From: Macrostomum hystrix
Taxonomy: Eukaryota > Animalia > Platyhelminthes
Reading direction: 5' to 3'
Assembly: GCA_950097015.1 (NCBI GenBank)
Contig: CATNEN010000038.1
Location: forward strand, 9,486,001-9,550,000
DNA length: 64,000 nt
The translations under genes and the position numbers were made by a program. Under the pieces are notes generated by a model. The model was not told the DNA's origin and did not search any database. It saw nothing but the letters and a program-made list of their open reading frames with translations. How positions within the stretch are numbered: the first letter of the stretch is position 1; each line of letters opens with the position of its first letter. Shown in pieces: positions 24,974-39,100 of the stretch.

Positions 24974-25546
24974 TTAGGAAATTCACCACCAACACCAAGA
25001 CCAAGACCAGGACCTCGAACAAGACCAAGACCAAGACTACGAGCAATACAAGCTATGGTCAGCAGCTGTGGACTGCATGTTGAATAGACTTTTTTCAACT
25101 CTTGATAATTCAATTTAGAAGCGCTGCTACAGTACTTCCATAGCAATCAAAATGCTCTTAACCTGTTATTAAATGTCTTCAAAGACAAAACCACTACAAC
25201 AATGTTACTAACTTGACACAAAACACTAAAACACACGAATACACATTCTCATGCACAACCCGATAGTTATTCGATACTTAGATTATGTTTTGAAACATAA
25301 ATTATTCTGTAAGGACTTTATTTGGTGCACCAGTATCAGTACTGATAATGATAATGATTCGCAGAAACTATAATTTACGTGCTAATTCATAATTTTAAAA
25401 CAGTTTACCTGTAGCCACCAGTGAGTGCATTACACTGATCTCTGTACTTGTGTACATGTCGTCAATGTGTGTTAAGATGTCGAGCACTTAATTTGAGCAC
25501 TACTTAATCCTATTAGTAGTCAATGGTGAACATAGGCCGGATAGGC

Positions 25547-25714
25547 CGGAGGTCAGTAACCTGTCATCCAAAAGATGACAGCGGGTCGCATATTGACCGT
25601 GGAGAGAGGATACAGCAGAGAGATGAAATATTGGAGAGTTGAGAAATGGAGAGATGAGACACGTGATTAATAAGACTTGTGTCACCTCTCCGGGCCGGAG
25701 GTTGCTGACTCCTG
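25547..25714. mobile_element. Degenerate hAT-type MITE
   Basis: Imperfect 16-bp TIRs CGGAGGTCAGTAACCT / AGGTTGCTGACTCCTG (12/16), resembling hAT CAGGGGTCxGCAACCT ends; flanks GGATAGGC / TGTTAGAC match only 5/8. Confidence 0.45.
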
Positions 25715-26852
25715 TGTTAGACTCTTAACCTACCATCCCAGTTTTTTATCCTGTTGCGAATTCTCTCCAATAATAATCTCGAAATCAAACGGCTTTATTC
25801 GATGCAGTAACCGACGCAGAAAAAATTCTAGCGCAGAAATGAGGAACGCAGTATGGAAAAAGACAATTTAGTCGATGATTATCTGGCGCTGGTGCTATTT
25901 TATTTCTGCTTTTCACAACTGAACCGGGCGGCGGAAAGAGGAAGGATTTAAACGTGCAAATCTAATGAGCTAGATTTATATTGTCTTCATTGTTTTGTAA
26001 AAAGCGTTGCGAAATAGCACTACATAGTTCTGAAATAGTGCTCACGTGGATTTGTATTGCTGGGTTACAACAACAGCGCGTTGCTAAGGGGGGGTGCTGG
26101 ATATTTATAGACTTTTTTCGTCCTTGACTAAGCACGATCAATCAGGGACAGTGCTTGCGATAAGGGAATTTAAAATTTTATGTGTAACATTTGGTACTTA
26201 GTTACAGATTTCCAATGCTCTATGCTGGCTACTAAACAACTCAAAAACCTTTCTTAAAAGCGCACTACAGTGTTGGTGTGGCTGCAAATTTTCCGTGGGA
26301 ACAAAGCAATATCATAAAAATAATTTTGTGCCAGACGAGTACGCTGTTTGGTGCTCGGTTGCTAAACTTGAGCGGTTGCTTGGGTAATAACAAATGACTC
26401 GAATATATGCGAGTCTAAATATAAGCTGAGTGTGATTTAACATTGCTCAGCGATACCTTTAAGGCACACAGTTACGTTGAAAGGCAGACGTTTAAGTGCC
26501 TTTCCGATAATTAATATCGACTGCAATTTAGGAATGTGACGATAGAATGATTAAAATGTCTTTGTGATCTATCTATTTGACAAGTCAAGCAGAAAATACG
26601 AGTATAAAAATAGTTCTCTAAAAGACAATCTAGATTTGCGAGTTACTTCAATCAGTAGCGAAGATTTTTTGTATAGTGAGGCACTTTTCTAAGGCAGTAA
26701 TAAAAAGTACTCAGAAAACATCTCAGTAAAAATATTTAGTCAAGGAAACTTGAAAGAAACTGTTTTGGATCTCCTCGTTATGCATTCGAATCTAACGACG
26801 ATCTGGAGATGAAGATCTCTTTTGATTGGCTAACAAGCTAAAGCAAAATTAA

Positions 26853-27070
26853 TCGGATCGATGTTTCTATTTTTAGATTCATTTTGTTTTGGCCCATTCG
26901 GATCGATGTTTCTATTTTTTTTTCATTTTGCTTTGGCTTATTCGGGTCAATGTTTCTATCTTTAGATAATTAATGTTTTGGCCAGTTGAAATCGATGTTT
27001 CGATTTTAGATTCATTTTGCTTTGACCCATTCGGATCGATTTTTCAATTATTATATACTTTCTGCTTTGG
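26853..27070. repeat. Degenerate ~45-bp tandem repeat (~4.5 copies) just 3' of the cadherin stop
   Basis: TCGGATCGATGTTTCTATTTTTAGATTCATTTTG(T/C)TTTGGCCCAT recurs at about 26853, 26898, 26942, 26987 and 27031. Confidence 0.75.
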
Positions 27071-27120
27071 GTCCTCTCAATATTAGACTGTTCTCACACA
27101 CTAAGAGATGCGTGAATTCT

Positions 27121-30100
27121 CTAGGCTGGGGAGCTCGCCACGCCCTTGACTGGGCTAATCTTTAGCAGCGTGAACTCCCTGGGGAATAGGGGATTCCCAT
27201 CGCTGGGATTCGGCTCATTGGCGGGCTCCACGGTGGCATCCATGCTGGCGAAGGGATTCGCGTCGGGCTGCGACAGGCCAACATCGGCGGACAGAGCTCT
27301 GCCACTGAAAGTTTTTGTCAATGCTGGATTGCTTTAGCCGAATAAAAGCTTTCACGCAGGTGAAATGCTTATTTAACTGCTAAATAATTAACGATGCTGG
27401 GCAAAGCTTAATTACTAATCCACGATCAAGTTTGGCTTGCCGTAGTTAACTACGAGTTCAAGAGATTAATTAAGCAAGTGAGAGAGTAGGACACCATTAT
27501 AAACTATTGGTAGGCCATAATTTAATGTGGATATAAAACAGGCCGCAAACTCAGCGAATTGATCGACACTCTTTGATTTATCCGTTCCAAACACGCGGCA
27601 AAATTATACGCTCATGAAAATAAGCTTTTTTATAAGCAATGCACGACTTACAGCGCTGGCTTCTCAACATCCGGAAGTCCTTTTGAGGGCCTAAAATTTG
27701 CAGAAATTTTTTTCACACTTGCTCACAGATTAGGCAATTTATTTAAACACACGATAGTTTAAATAAAATTTGAGTCCGACCAGATTTTTTAGCAGCAACT
27801 CACCGGGTCTCTTGTGGCAGAGGCGCAACAGAGTTCTCCTTGCTCCACGAGGTTGCCGAAGACGCCTGTTGCGCTGAAATTTAGTTTAGCTCACTTTAAC
27901 TCACTTCCGCGCTAAACTAATTATTCATTGTCCTATAAAAATCTAAGCTTTGAGCAATAGCCCAGCTGCCGGCAAGACTAGCGCACGGCGTCTGTCAGCT
28001 CTGTCAATTTTTACGGCTGCCAAAGCCGTTGAATTGCTAGAGGAATGAAGAACGGAGGGGTCCTGTTCACTGACCAGCCCGCTAGCAATCTGTTAAAATT
28101 TGCAGAGGCAGCCTTAGGATACTTCTGTCTCTTCAAAGTCAGCAAGCACAACAAGCAGACAAGAGGGAGCCGTGCGGACGCTCTCGGAAATTCTCCAACA
28201 TGCGGAGCCTGCTTCTCCAACTAGCCGCTGACAGGCCCGCGCAGCTGCCATTGTTCCCTGCTGCCTGGCGGTGACTGTGACGAGTGGACTGTTCTGGGCC
28301 TGTTGGGGCCGTCCGTCTTTTTTGTCTCACACCCTCAACTTCTCATCCGCTCCGCCTGGGAACAATGCGCCTATCTACCCTTTTCGCCAGGCAACCATTG
28401 CATTCCCCCAGTCTGAGCATTCCTCTGCTTTGAACAACTTACGCGCCCTGTTGTCATTCAGTCCGCTGTACTTTCGCATCAGGGCACGACTCTTGAGGAA
28501 AGTTCGAACCATCATTAGAACACTGATTGAGCAGCCAATAATGAGGATGATGGCGGTAGAAATCAGAGCGCTTCGCAACCTGGCCAGAGCTGAGTCGTCG
28601 ACTTCTGCTCCTGGGTCGGATGGAGCCACATAGCAGGTAATCGCCGTGGTTCCAGTCAACTGCGGTGAGCCACCATCGCTAGCAACCAGCGTGATATTGT
28701 ACCAGCCAGTGTGACCACTGAGGGAGGCGTTGATCATCAGCTTCGCAAAGTAACCATCAGTGGCATTCACAGTGGTCACATTAAAGAGTTCTAGGCCTGT
28801 ACTGCTCTGTCCCGGTCTTCCAATGAGTTGATAAGTTAGCTGACTGTTCACACCTATGTCTTTGTCGGTGGCCCCCAGTGTGTCGATCTCGTAGCCTACC
28901 GAGTAGCTCTCCTTGATGCGGGTGTAGGTATAGTTGGAGTTTCTGAATGCTGGCGAGCAGTCGTTAACGTCCCGCACGTTTACAATCATCTGGCGACTAG
29001 TCTGTCTGCGATCGATTCCTCCGGGATTATCTATGGCCTGCACGACAAGAGTGTGCTGGTCGCCTCCAGACACATCTCTGTCCAGTGCCTTCTTCAGCGT
29101 TATTTGTCCAGTGCTTTGTTGGATGCTGAAGAAAGTGTCTCCACTGACAAGAATATATTCAACTACGCCAAAAACTCCCGAATCGTTATCGTAAGCGTGA
29201 ACTGTTGCAATAACAGTCCCAATTGGAATGCTTTCCAGATAGCTTACTGGTGTAGGAAACACGTCGAATACTGGATCGAATGTGTTAGCATTCAACACCT
29301 CGATGGAAACGGTCGCCGTTGTGACGTGTAGGCCGTCGCTGACAGTCGCCATGAAAATATGAACTGTTTGGCTCTCATAACTGAGCCATTTAATTAAGCT
29401 AACTTGGCCTGTGTTCGAATCAATACTAAAGTAACTATTGGCCGGTGAGATCCCAAAGGTGAGGCTGGTTGTCGACGCATCTGGATCATCCGCTTGAAGC
29501 TTGAGGTTAATGGCCATCGGTGGTACGGAGCTCTCGGACAGTTTTACTGTGAAGTTATTCGATAAACCAGTAGAGAGGAACCTGGGAAACTTGTTGTTTA
29601 TATCAGTGAGAGTGAGCACAATGGTTCCTGTTGCAGTCTGCACCGGGGTCAGAGTCTGGGCGTTCAGATCGGTTACCAGAATTGGGATCGTCAGTTGCTG
29701 CGCGTGCTCACGGTCCAGAGCAGACAAGGCAACAATGCTAGCATTCTTTGAATCAATCTGGAAAAGTGTTGAAAAATTGTAGGCTGAGCTTGAAGCCACC
29801 GATGCGCCACTCGCTGACCGCCCTGTTATTAAGCTGGACAGCAGAACATAACTCAAATTTGCCGTGGAATCTACATCGATTGCAGTTCTTGCTGGTGCCA
29901 TGATGGGCGTGTATAAGGCGATACCCTCCGAAACAGTGGCCGTTGAGGTTATGGGGCTAAAGTACGGAGCCTGGTTATTTACGTCGATGACATTGACGTA
30001 CACAAAGCAGGAACTTGTCAGCTGTGGAACGCCTCGATCATAAATTCCAATCGTCAGGTTGTGGAAGTGGCCGAAGTTGACATAGTCAAGGTTGGCGCCC

Positions 30101-33100
30101 CGCTCCACAATCACTCGAATGCCGTCTAAATCCAAAGTGAAGCGATCACCGGCCCCTGCAATGATTCTGAAGAATATCTGCGAGTTCGGAGTGCCCGGCG
30201 CATCCCCATCCGATCCAGAGAGATTAGCGATCACGGTTCCGTACGTGGATGTCTCCAGAGCAGTTACATTGTACACCGCTTGGCTGCACCTCGGAGTCAA
30301 GTCATTTTGGTCGTTCACCCTCATTCGAACCTCTGTGGTGCTACTCAGCGGTACCGCACCGTGATCTGTAGCAACGACCCACAGATATATGGTCTTGTTG
30401 CTAAGCGCTTCGTAGTCCATCATGTGCTGAACAGAGAATAAGCCTGTAGCGTTGTTGATTGAGAAATAGTAGCTACTATTGCTGGGAAGCAAAGAGTAGC
30501 TGATTATGTTGTTCGGGCTCAGATCCGAATCCGTTGCCTGAAATCGTTTGTAAAGTCTAACAATTTAGGCGAAAATCATTTTTATGCACATACGAAAATA
30601 TCTATAGCGTGTTTCAAGACCTGTACGTTATAAGCATGAAAGATTTAAACTAAACTCACCGCTACTTGCACAGCGACCTCCAAACTGAGACTGTTCTCAT
30701 TGACTGATCCGTCGTATACTGTTCGCTGAAAGGTGGGCGTCTGGTCGTTGCGATCCTCCTGGATAATCTCCAACTGCGAGGTGCCCGTCAAGCCACCTCC
30801 GTCCTGCGCCTGTACGGAGAACAGCAGGACCGGGTAGGTTTCGCGATCCAGCAGGCTGAAGTCTGTGTCGGCATTGACGTTGACTTGAATCAAGCCAGTG
30901 ACTGGGTCGATTCGGAATCTAGAAGGGATTCGCCGGTTATGTTAGAAGCCATTTAGTGGCTGTGTGCATATTAACTGCCAAAAATTGTTGACTTACCTGT
31001 TTGCACTCGTTCCACCCAGGCTAAACGTAATAGTGCCAAAAGAACCACTGTCACGATCGGTGGCCTAGAATTACCAGAGAATAAGCTGTTGCAGTCTAGA
31101 TTACTCAAGGAAAATTTCACATCATAGCCAGCTGACAGTCGCTGATGCTTACCGTCACTTGGCCGACAACAGTTCCATTTGGTGAGTTCTCCGGGATGCT
31201 TAACGTGTACTTAGTTTGATTGAACACCGGCGAATTGTCATTAGCGTCCTGCAGGTAAACAGTAAAAGTGGCTGTTGAAGACAGCCTGGCAGCTGTCCTG
31301 GTTTCTCTCGCGACCACCTGAAAAGCAGAAATGAAAAACCAATTATTCTAGATCTAGAAATTTTGTCTAAACCTTTGAATTATTTGTTACCACCAACCTC
31401 AAACAAGAAGCTTTTGACTGTCTCGTAGTCCAGCTGACTGCTGTCAGCCACTCGGAGCAACACTGTTGCCGAGCCCGCCGCAGTCGCTGGCAAAACGTCG
31501 AACACGCCGAAGGCTGACCCGTTCCGGCTGACTGTCAAATTGAAAACGCTATTGTCGCCTTGATCCAAATCCGTGACTGTGCAGGTTGTCAGTAGAGTTG
31601 TGGGGATGCCAATTGCAGTGTTCTCCAACACCGTGCCATTGTAGTTCGATTGTCCAAATGTTGGAGTCACATCGTTGACATCCTGCACGGTAACCTGTAG
31701 GGTTGTCGGCGTCTTAGAAATGTTGGCTGGCTGAGGAACGCTAGACACTTCACTGGCAATCACGGTGAGGCTGAAGGTCGCATACACCGATGAAATGAGG
31801 CTGCTCTCGCGGTCAATGTTTGCCACTACTTCGACTCTTCCAGTGGAGTTGTTTATGGAGAACAATGCAGCCAACTGGGCTGCAGTGGCGGAGGCGCTCG
31901 TATCGAAGTAGTACTCCACGGGATTTGGCACGCCTCGGTCGCCGTCCCGAGCGGTCACCGTGGCTACCAAAGTGCCGATAGGCACATTCTCCGTCACCGT
32001 GGCAACGTAGGGCGCGCCATTAAAGACTGGCGGTGTGTCCTGCCTGTCAAGCACATTCACGACAATGTCCGCCGTGGTGTTGCGACCATTGGCTGTTGGC
32101 TGCTCCACTACGTACACAGATACTTGGTAGAAGCGCGTTGTTTCGTAGTCAAGAGCTTGCATCAGACTCACTGTGCTGACGTATAAGTAGCCAGTCTGTG
32201 GCGAGGACTGCATGGTACTACGGTAGAAAGTCTCGTTGAACAACCCAACGCTTGCGTCTGGCGACTGGGTACATTTTTGGTAAATTAGGATAGGGAGCAA
32301 TTCATTTGGTACCATTTTCTTAAACAGGAGTAACACATTTTAAACTCGTGTAAATGAAGTGCTTACTGAAGGCCTTAGTCGTGTTATGTGAATATTAATA
32401 TCCTCGCAACAGAGGAAGGTGAGTAGCAGAGAGGTTTAACGCGTTTGCCTCTGGCAACCAAGGTCCCCGAGCTCGATTCCGCGGCTAGACCGCATTCATT
32501 AGGGGCCGCGGAGAGAAGGCCTAGGGGCTTTTGTGATTTACGCCCTTGAGGGCCAACCTTCAAGGCACAGTGAGTGTACACTGCCTGACGATGACAGATG
32601 TACTCAACATGTGTGAGTGTGTGCCTGCGTACGGTATCTGTGTGCGTGTGGGCTCAGGAGTCAGCGAGATGGGCAGAATTGCCTACTCGCTGGCTGCGGG
32701 TCTAGTGTCACCAAATGATGGGCCACTGCCCGCAGCCCTCCTGCAAATATTATTATATTCTAATTGCCCTCACAACGTAACAAAGCAATTCTGCATAAAT
32801 TATTCATTACGTAAATACATTCACGAAACTCGGAAAAAATGAGTAAATTAATAGAAACATTTGCAGTTTACGTGTAATGATTTTTACACATTTTCGTGAG
32901 GCGAAGTAATTTCAATAGGTAATTACGAGCTACGATTTGATTTTGTACAATAATTTATCAAAACATTCTTATAATTGACTGATTACACCAATAGTGAACA
33001 ACAAAGGCGTTAGAGAGAACAAGGACAGGCAAAATATTATTTTAAGAAAATCAACCAACTGTTTTCTTCTGCATTTCACAGCTGGGATCATTGAAATTTT

Positions 33101-36100
33101 GCTCGAAAATTAACGAAGAATGTACGAGCTTGTAGTTTACTACCAAAAATATTTTCTATTTGGTCTCTTTGCCTGAAATCTTAGCCTGAAAATCTGTTTT
33201 CACAGTGTCCACAGCCTCTCTCCACCTGCCATTCCTCATCTCCGCCATTCATTAGGAATTCCAGTCTTGAGCATGCCTTTCGGCGGCACTCACACAGGTG
33301 AAGCGGGGCGGACAACCGTCTATATAGCGGGTCTGAAATTCCACGCCAACCAGCTGAGACCCCCTAGCCCGCAAATCAACTTGCAGGCGCTGAGTTTTGC
33401 TTGGTTGCAAAATTTTTGATTGAAATGAGCTCTGAATAGGGAAGAATGAGCTAGGGGGAAGGGGTCAGCGGGAGAAGGGAAAAGCTGCTTCAATTTTTCA
33501 TTTTTTCCTGAAATGAACTGAGCTTTGCATTCAACACAATACAGAATGTTGGGAAACAACAGTTTTTAGTGACTGTCCCACCGCCACACAACTGCCCACC
33601 TTTGTCTCCCTCTCACCTCCTACTGCATTACTGCATTATTGATTTTATAGATTTTGTCTCCCTCTCAAAGAGAGGAGATTCGCGTCTAAATGTTGTGTTA
33701 TATTTGCAGTGTGTGCACAGTATTGCAGTTAAAATTGAAACTTTTTGTGCCCTCTGCGTGATGAAAAACCTCATACGCAACTGAACAACAGATAGACCTG
33801 AGGAGATATTTGAGGAAACATTGACGAGCACATGGACCAGAGGAGGTAGTGACCAACAGATGTACTAGAGGAGGTATTGACCAACAGATGGAACAGAGGA
33901 GGTATTGACCAACAGATGGACCAGAGGAGGTATTGACCAACAGATGGACCAGAGGAGGTATTGACCAACAGATGGACCAGAGGAGGTATTGACCAACAGA
34001 TGGACCAGAGGAGGTATTGACCAACAGATGGACCAGAGGAGGTATTGACCAACAGATGGACCAGAGGAGGTAAAGACCAACAGATGGACCAGATGAGGTA
34101 TTCACCAACAGATGGACCAGAGGAGGTAGTGACCAACAGATGGACCAGAGGAGGTAAAGACCAACAGATGGACCAGAGGAGGTATTGACCAACAGATGGA
34201 CCAGAGTAGGTACTCGTAGTGACCAACGGATGGACCAGAGGAGGTAGTGACCAACAGATGGACCAGAGGAGGTATTGACCAACAGATGGACCAGAGTAGG
34301 TACTCGTAGTGACCAACGGATGGACCAGAGGAGGTAGTGACCAACAGATGGACCAGAGTAGGTACTCGTAGTGACCAACGGATGGACCAGAGGAGGTAGT
34401 GACCAACAGATGGACCAGAGTAGGTACTCGTAGTGACCAACGGATGGACCAGAGGAGGTATTGATCAACAGATGGACCAGAGGAGGCCAGAGGAGGTAGT
34501 GACCAACAGATAGACCACCAGAGGAAGTAGTGACAAACAGATGGACCACGAGAGGAAGTAGTGACAAACAGATGGACCACGAGAGGAAGTAGTGACAAAC
34601 AGATGGACCAGAAGAGGTAGTGACCAACAGATGGACTAGAGGAGGTATTGACCAACAGATGGACCACGAGAGGAAGTAGTGACAAACAGATGGACCACGA
34701 GAGGAAGTAGTGACAAACAGATGGACCAGAAGAGGTAGTGACCAACAGATGGACTAGAGGAGGTATTGACCAACAGATGGACCACGAGAGGAAGTAGTGT
34801 CAAACTTATGTTTCACCATCCGAATATAGTTAGGACATAAGAATTTCTTAATGATTAAGGATTAATGGATTCAGAACCAGTTAAAATTTTGTTTGAGTAA
34901 CAACATATATTTTAATCCAAATAATCAACGAGCACATTCTCAAGCTAGCAAAGCCATGCAACGAGACATTGCAAGCACATGATTGGAGCTTTGACGGATA
35001 AATCAAGGGAGGATTGCTTTTTTGACATAATGTAAATTTTACTTACAACTGAAATGATCTAAAATGAAAATTTGTTTGCTGCATCTGTTTTGTTGGCTGC
35101 TATTTGAGACATAATTTTATGGTATTAGATCTCGCACAGTTGAAATTCTTATGCAACTTTAAGGAAAATAAACCGCTTACCACGAAGGAGAACTTGTAGC
35201 TAGTGAGAGTGAAATCTTTGTCAATCAAGGAGACATTGAAGCTGGTTTGAATCGTGTCAATGGTGTTCTGAAATCGTTTGGGTTCATTAAATTTCAGTTC
35301 CTTGTGTTTTCCTATAGCAATTCAGCTATAGGTAGTCCACTAACCTCAGGTACTTCCCAGCGGTAGGGGAGATTTTGAAATTCCGGCGAATTGTCGTTGA
35401 TGTCAATGATGAAAATCATTATGTTGGGATTGTTGACAATCTGAAATATTATTTTAATACACCCGATTAAAAATGTAGAATTTTTTTTTCAAAATACGAA
35501 ATCCAAACACATTTTGCGTTTTGTGACGGTTAGACTTATATGCGAAAGTGCAGCCGCACGCAAAACCACTCAACCTCCGTCTGTTGAGGTGGGGTCAGTG
35601 CACGCAGCCAACGGACTCGCTAGGCCGGGGGGGGGTTGACGAAAATTGTCACGCCAACTCTTCGAACCCACCTAGGCCCCTTAATCCTGAGCTGTTTTCT
35701 TTATATAAATATTTGCGCAATGTAGTAGCATACATTTTTCGCTGCTTTTCCAACTCTAAACAAAAAGGCCTTTCGCCTGAGTTTAGCCCAGTGATTGAGT
35801 TGAGTGTGCTGACCAGGTCAGCCCATAGACTAAACAGCTGTACGCAGACTTCGAAGATATCCTGGGTTGTACTTGTAAAGTTTCATTGTCAGCCCAGGTC
35901 AGCCCATAGACTAAACTGCTGTACGCAGACTTCGAAGATATCCTGGGTTGTACTTATAAAGTTTCATTGTAAGCTATTTAGAAACTCACGTTTCCATTGA
36001 AGTCATTCATTCTCAGATTCAAATTTAATACCGCATTAGTCATGCTCTGAAAAGGTAGAGACATTGTGAATCGCATAAGACAGGTAATAATTAGCAGGTA

Positions 36101-39100
36101 TGTCCTAACTAAATGCCAGCGCACTGACCTCTCTGTCAATCCGGCTGTTCACTACAACATTCGCAGTTCGCGCCGCCGTATTAGTCACGAGTTTCAGGCA
36201 GTATATCAGAGTTGCATCGCCAATAATGGTGAATTCAACGTTGTCATTCTCGATGTCTGTTGCTTCTAGAGTGAAGAGGACCGTATCTGAGGAGAAAGTA
36301 TATTTTTATTCGATGCTATGAAATCAGATATTCTGAAAATATCCTATTTTGAAGAAATTATGGTTTAAGATAAACCCTATTGTACTATGGTACTAGTAAT
36401 AAAACCCTATTGTGGCCTATTGGTTTGATCTTCAGACTCACAATTTAACTGTCGGGGTTCGATTCCCGACTCGAATGGAACAATTTGTGTCTTTTAGCAC
36501 AACACTCAATGAGTACCAGCATCAGCTGGGGTGATTGAGGATGGGTTTGGTGTCCCATCAGTCCATGGACTGAACGGCCGTACGCAGCCCTACTGTCGGT
36601 AGCAAATCTGCTCTAATTAGGGTAGGTTTAACAGTAGAACTACCAAGGGGGGTGAATCCCCTCTGACAATTTTTTGCTGCACCCGAACGGAACAATATGC
36701 TGGCATATGAAACTCAAGAACACGGGCCAACTTTTTTTGCGCATCTTCTGAAACAAGAATCAAGTCGCCAGCTCTTCAGACCGTCCAGATATTCAATGTT
36801 TCTGGCCGAAGGTCCGATTTTTCCCATAAGAGCTAGTGTATTTCATACAACCCCTATACACGAATTTGCACTGCGCCTCAGTGCGGCCTTTCCAGACCTT
36901 CAAACTTTATCAGCATGTCACCCGAATGTGCCTGCATCATCTCCGTCTTCGGTGGTCACCTACCTTTATCTAGACGGATTTGCTGGACCTACAACAACAG
37001 GTGGAACTAGGCCACAATGGACACCCTGACGCGACTTTCCCAAATTTCACTGATTAAGCTAAAATACTAGGAGCAGCTCGACAACAGGACACCATCGTCT
37101 AGTCCGTCAGCCAGTCAGTCACCACCCAACGCTCTTAGCATTCAGGCGCTGCCAAAAAAGTCCCCCCTTGGTATAAAAACGGGCGGCAAAATGGCTTGGT
37201 AGTCCTACTATTAATCTATTATTATTATTATTATTATTTTTATTTTCTGAGTAGAGAGGAGTTTTTATTGTTTCCCTGGATCTCATCACAGTCAGGTTTT
37301 TATCGCCCTGGTGTCCAACCCACACTGACCGATCGGCGTCTCTTCCTTGACCTGCACCAATTGACCCGATGCGCAGGAGCCGTAAACATAGTTGCCGTTG
37401 AAGCCGCTGCACAGGTTAAATGACGGCGGGTTATTGCTCGACTGGCACAGCGGAACTGGAGTTGGAGGTTCATTGCTTGCTGTTATCTTGTGGCATTTTG
37501 TGAGTCGCATTTGGCTTGGGTTTGGTTTGATTGGGTTGGATTGTGCTGTGTTGTGTTGTGTTGGGTTGTGTTGGGTTGTGTTGGGTTGGGTTGGCTTGGG
37601 GTTTGGTTGGCTTGAGTTTGGTTGGCTTGGGTTTTGTTGGCTTGGGGTTTGGTTGGCTTGGGTTTTGTTGGCTTGGGGTTTGGTTGGCTTGAGTTTGGTT
37701 GGCTTGGGTTTGGTTGGCTTGGATTTGGTTGGCTTGGGTTTGGTTGGCTTGGGTTTGGTTGGCTTGGGTTTGGTTGGCTTGAGTTTGGTTGGCTTGGGTT
37801 TTGTTGGCTTGGGTTTGGTTGGCTTGGGTTTGGTTGGCTTGGGTTTTGTTGGCTTGGGGTTTGGTTGGCTTGAGTTTGGTTGGCTTGGGTTTGGTTGGCT
37901 TGGGTTTGGTTGGCTTGGGTTTGGTTGGCTTGGGTTTCGTTGGCTTGGGTTTGGTTGGCTTGGGTTTGGTTGGCTTGGGTTTTGTTGGCTTGGGTTTGGT
38001 TGGCTTGGGTTTGGTTGGCTTGGGTTTGGTTGGCTTGGGTTGGGTTTGCTTGGGTTTGGTTGGCTTGGGTTGGGTTGGCTTGGGTTTGGTTGGCTTGGGT
38101 TTGGTTGGCTTGGGTTTGGTTGGCTTGGGTTTGGTTTGCTTGGGTTTGGTTGGCTTGGGTTTGGTTGGCTTGGGTTTGGTTTGCTTGGGTTTGGTTGGCT
38201 TGGGTTTGGTTGGCTTGGGTTTGGTTGGCTTGGGTTTGGTTGGCTTGGGTTTGGTTGGCTTGGGTTTGGTTGGCTTGGGTTTGGTTGGCTTGGGTTTTGT
38301 TGGCTTGGGGTTTGGTTGGCTTGGGTTTGGTTGGCTTGGGTTTGGTTGGCTTGGGGTTTGGTTGGCTTGGGTTTGGTTGGCTTGGGTTTGGTTGGCTTGG
38401 GGTTTGGTTGGCTTGGGTTTTGTTGGCTTGGGTTGGGTTGGCTTGGGTTGGGTTGGCTTGGGTTTGGTTGGCTTGGGTTTGGTTGGCTTGGGTTTGGTTA
38501 GCTTGGGTTTGGTTAGCTTGGGTTTGGTTAGCTTGGGTTTGGTTAGCTTGGGTTTGGTTGGCTTGGGTTGGCTTGGCTTGGGTTTGGCTGGCTTGGGTTT
38601 GGTTGGCTTGGGTTTGGTTGGCTTGGGTTTTTGTTGGCTTGGGTTTGGTTGGCTTGGGTTTTGTTGGCTTGGGTTTGGTTGGCTTGGGTTTTGTTGGCTT
38701 GGGGTTTGGTTGGCTTGGGGTTTGGTTGGCTTGGGTTTGGTTGGCTTGGGTTTGGTTAGCTTGGGTTTGGTTAGCTTGGGTTTGGTTAGCTTGGGTTTGG
38801 TTAGCTTGGGTTTGGTTGGCTTGGGTTGGGTTGGTTTGGGTTTGGTTGGCTTGGGTTTGGCTTGCTTGGGTTTGGTTGGCTTGGGTTTGGTTGGCTTGGG
38901 TTTTTGTTGGCTTGGGTTTGGTTGGCTTGGGTTTTGTTGGCTTGGGTTTGGTTGGCTTGGGTTTTGTTGGCTTGGGTTTGGTTGGCTTGGGGTTTGGTTG
39001 GCTTGGGTTTGGTTGGCTTGAGGTTTGGTTGGCTTGGGGTTTGGTTGGCTTGGGTTTGGTTGGCTTGGGTTTGGTTGGTTTGGGTTTGGTTGGCTTGGGT

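Noticed and set aside
28375-28442. Cadherin ending at the ORF-track stop 28375
   Set aside because: A consensus GTAAGT donor at 28442 and three in-phase downstream exons extend the tail to 27121.
33698-34745. 309-324-aa repetitive ORFs
   Set aside because: Artefacts of an intronic 28-bp minisatellite.
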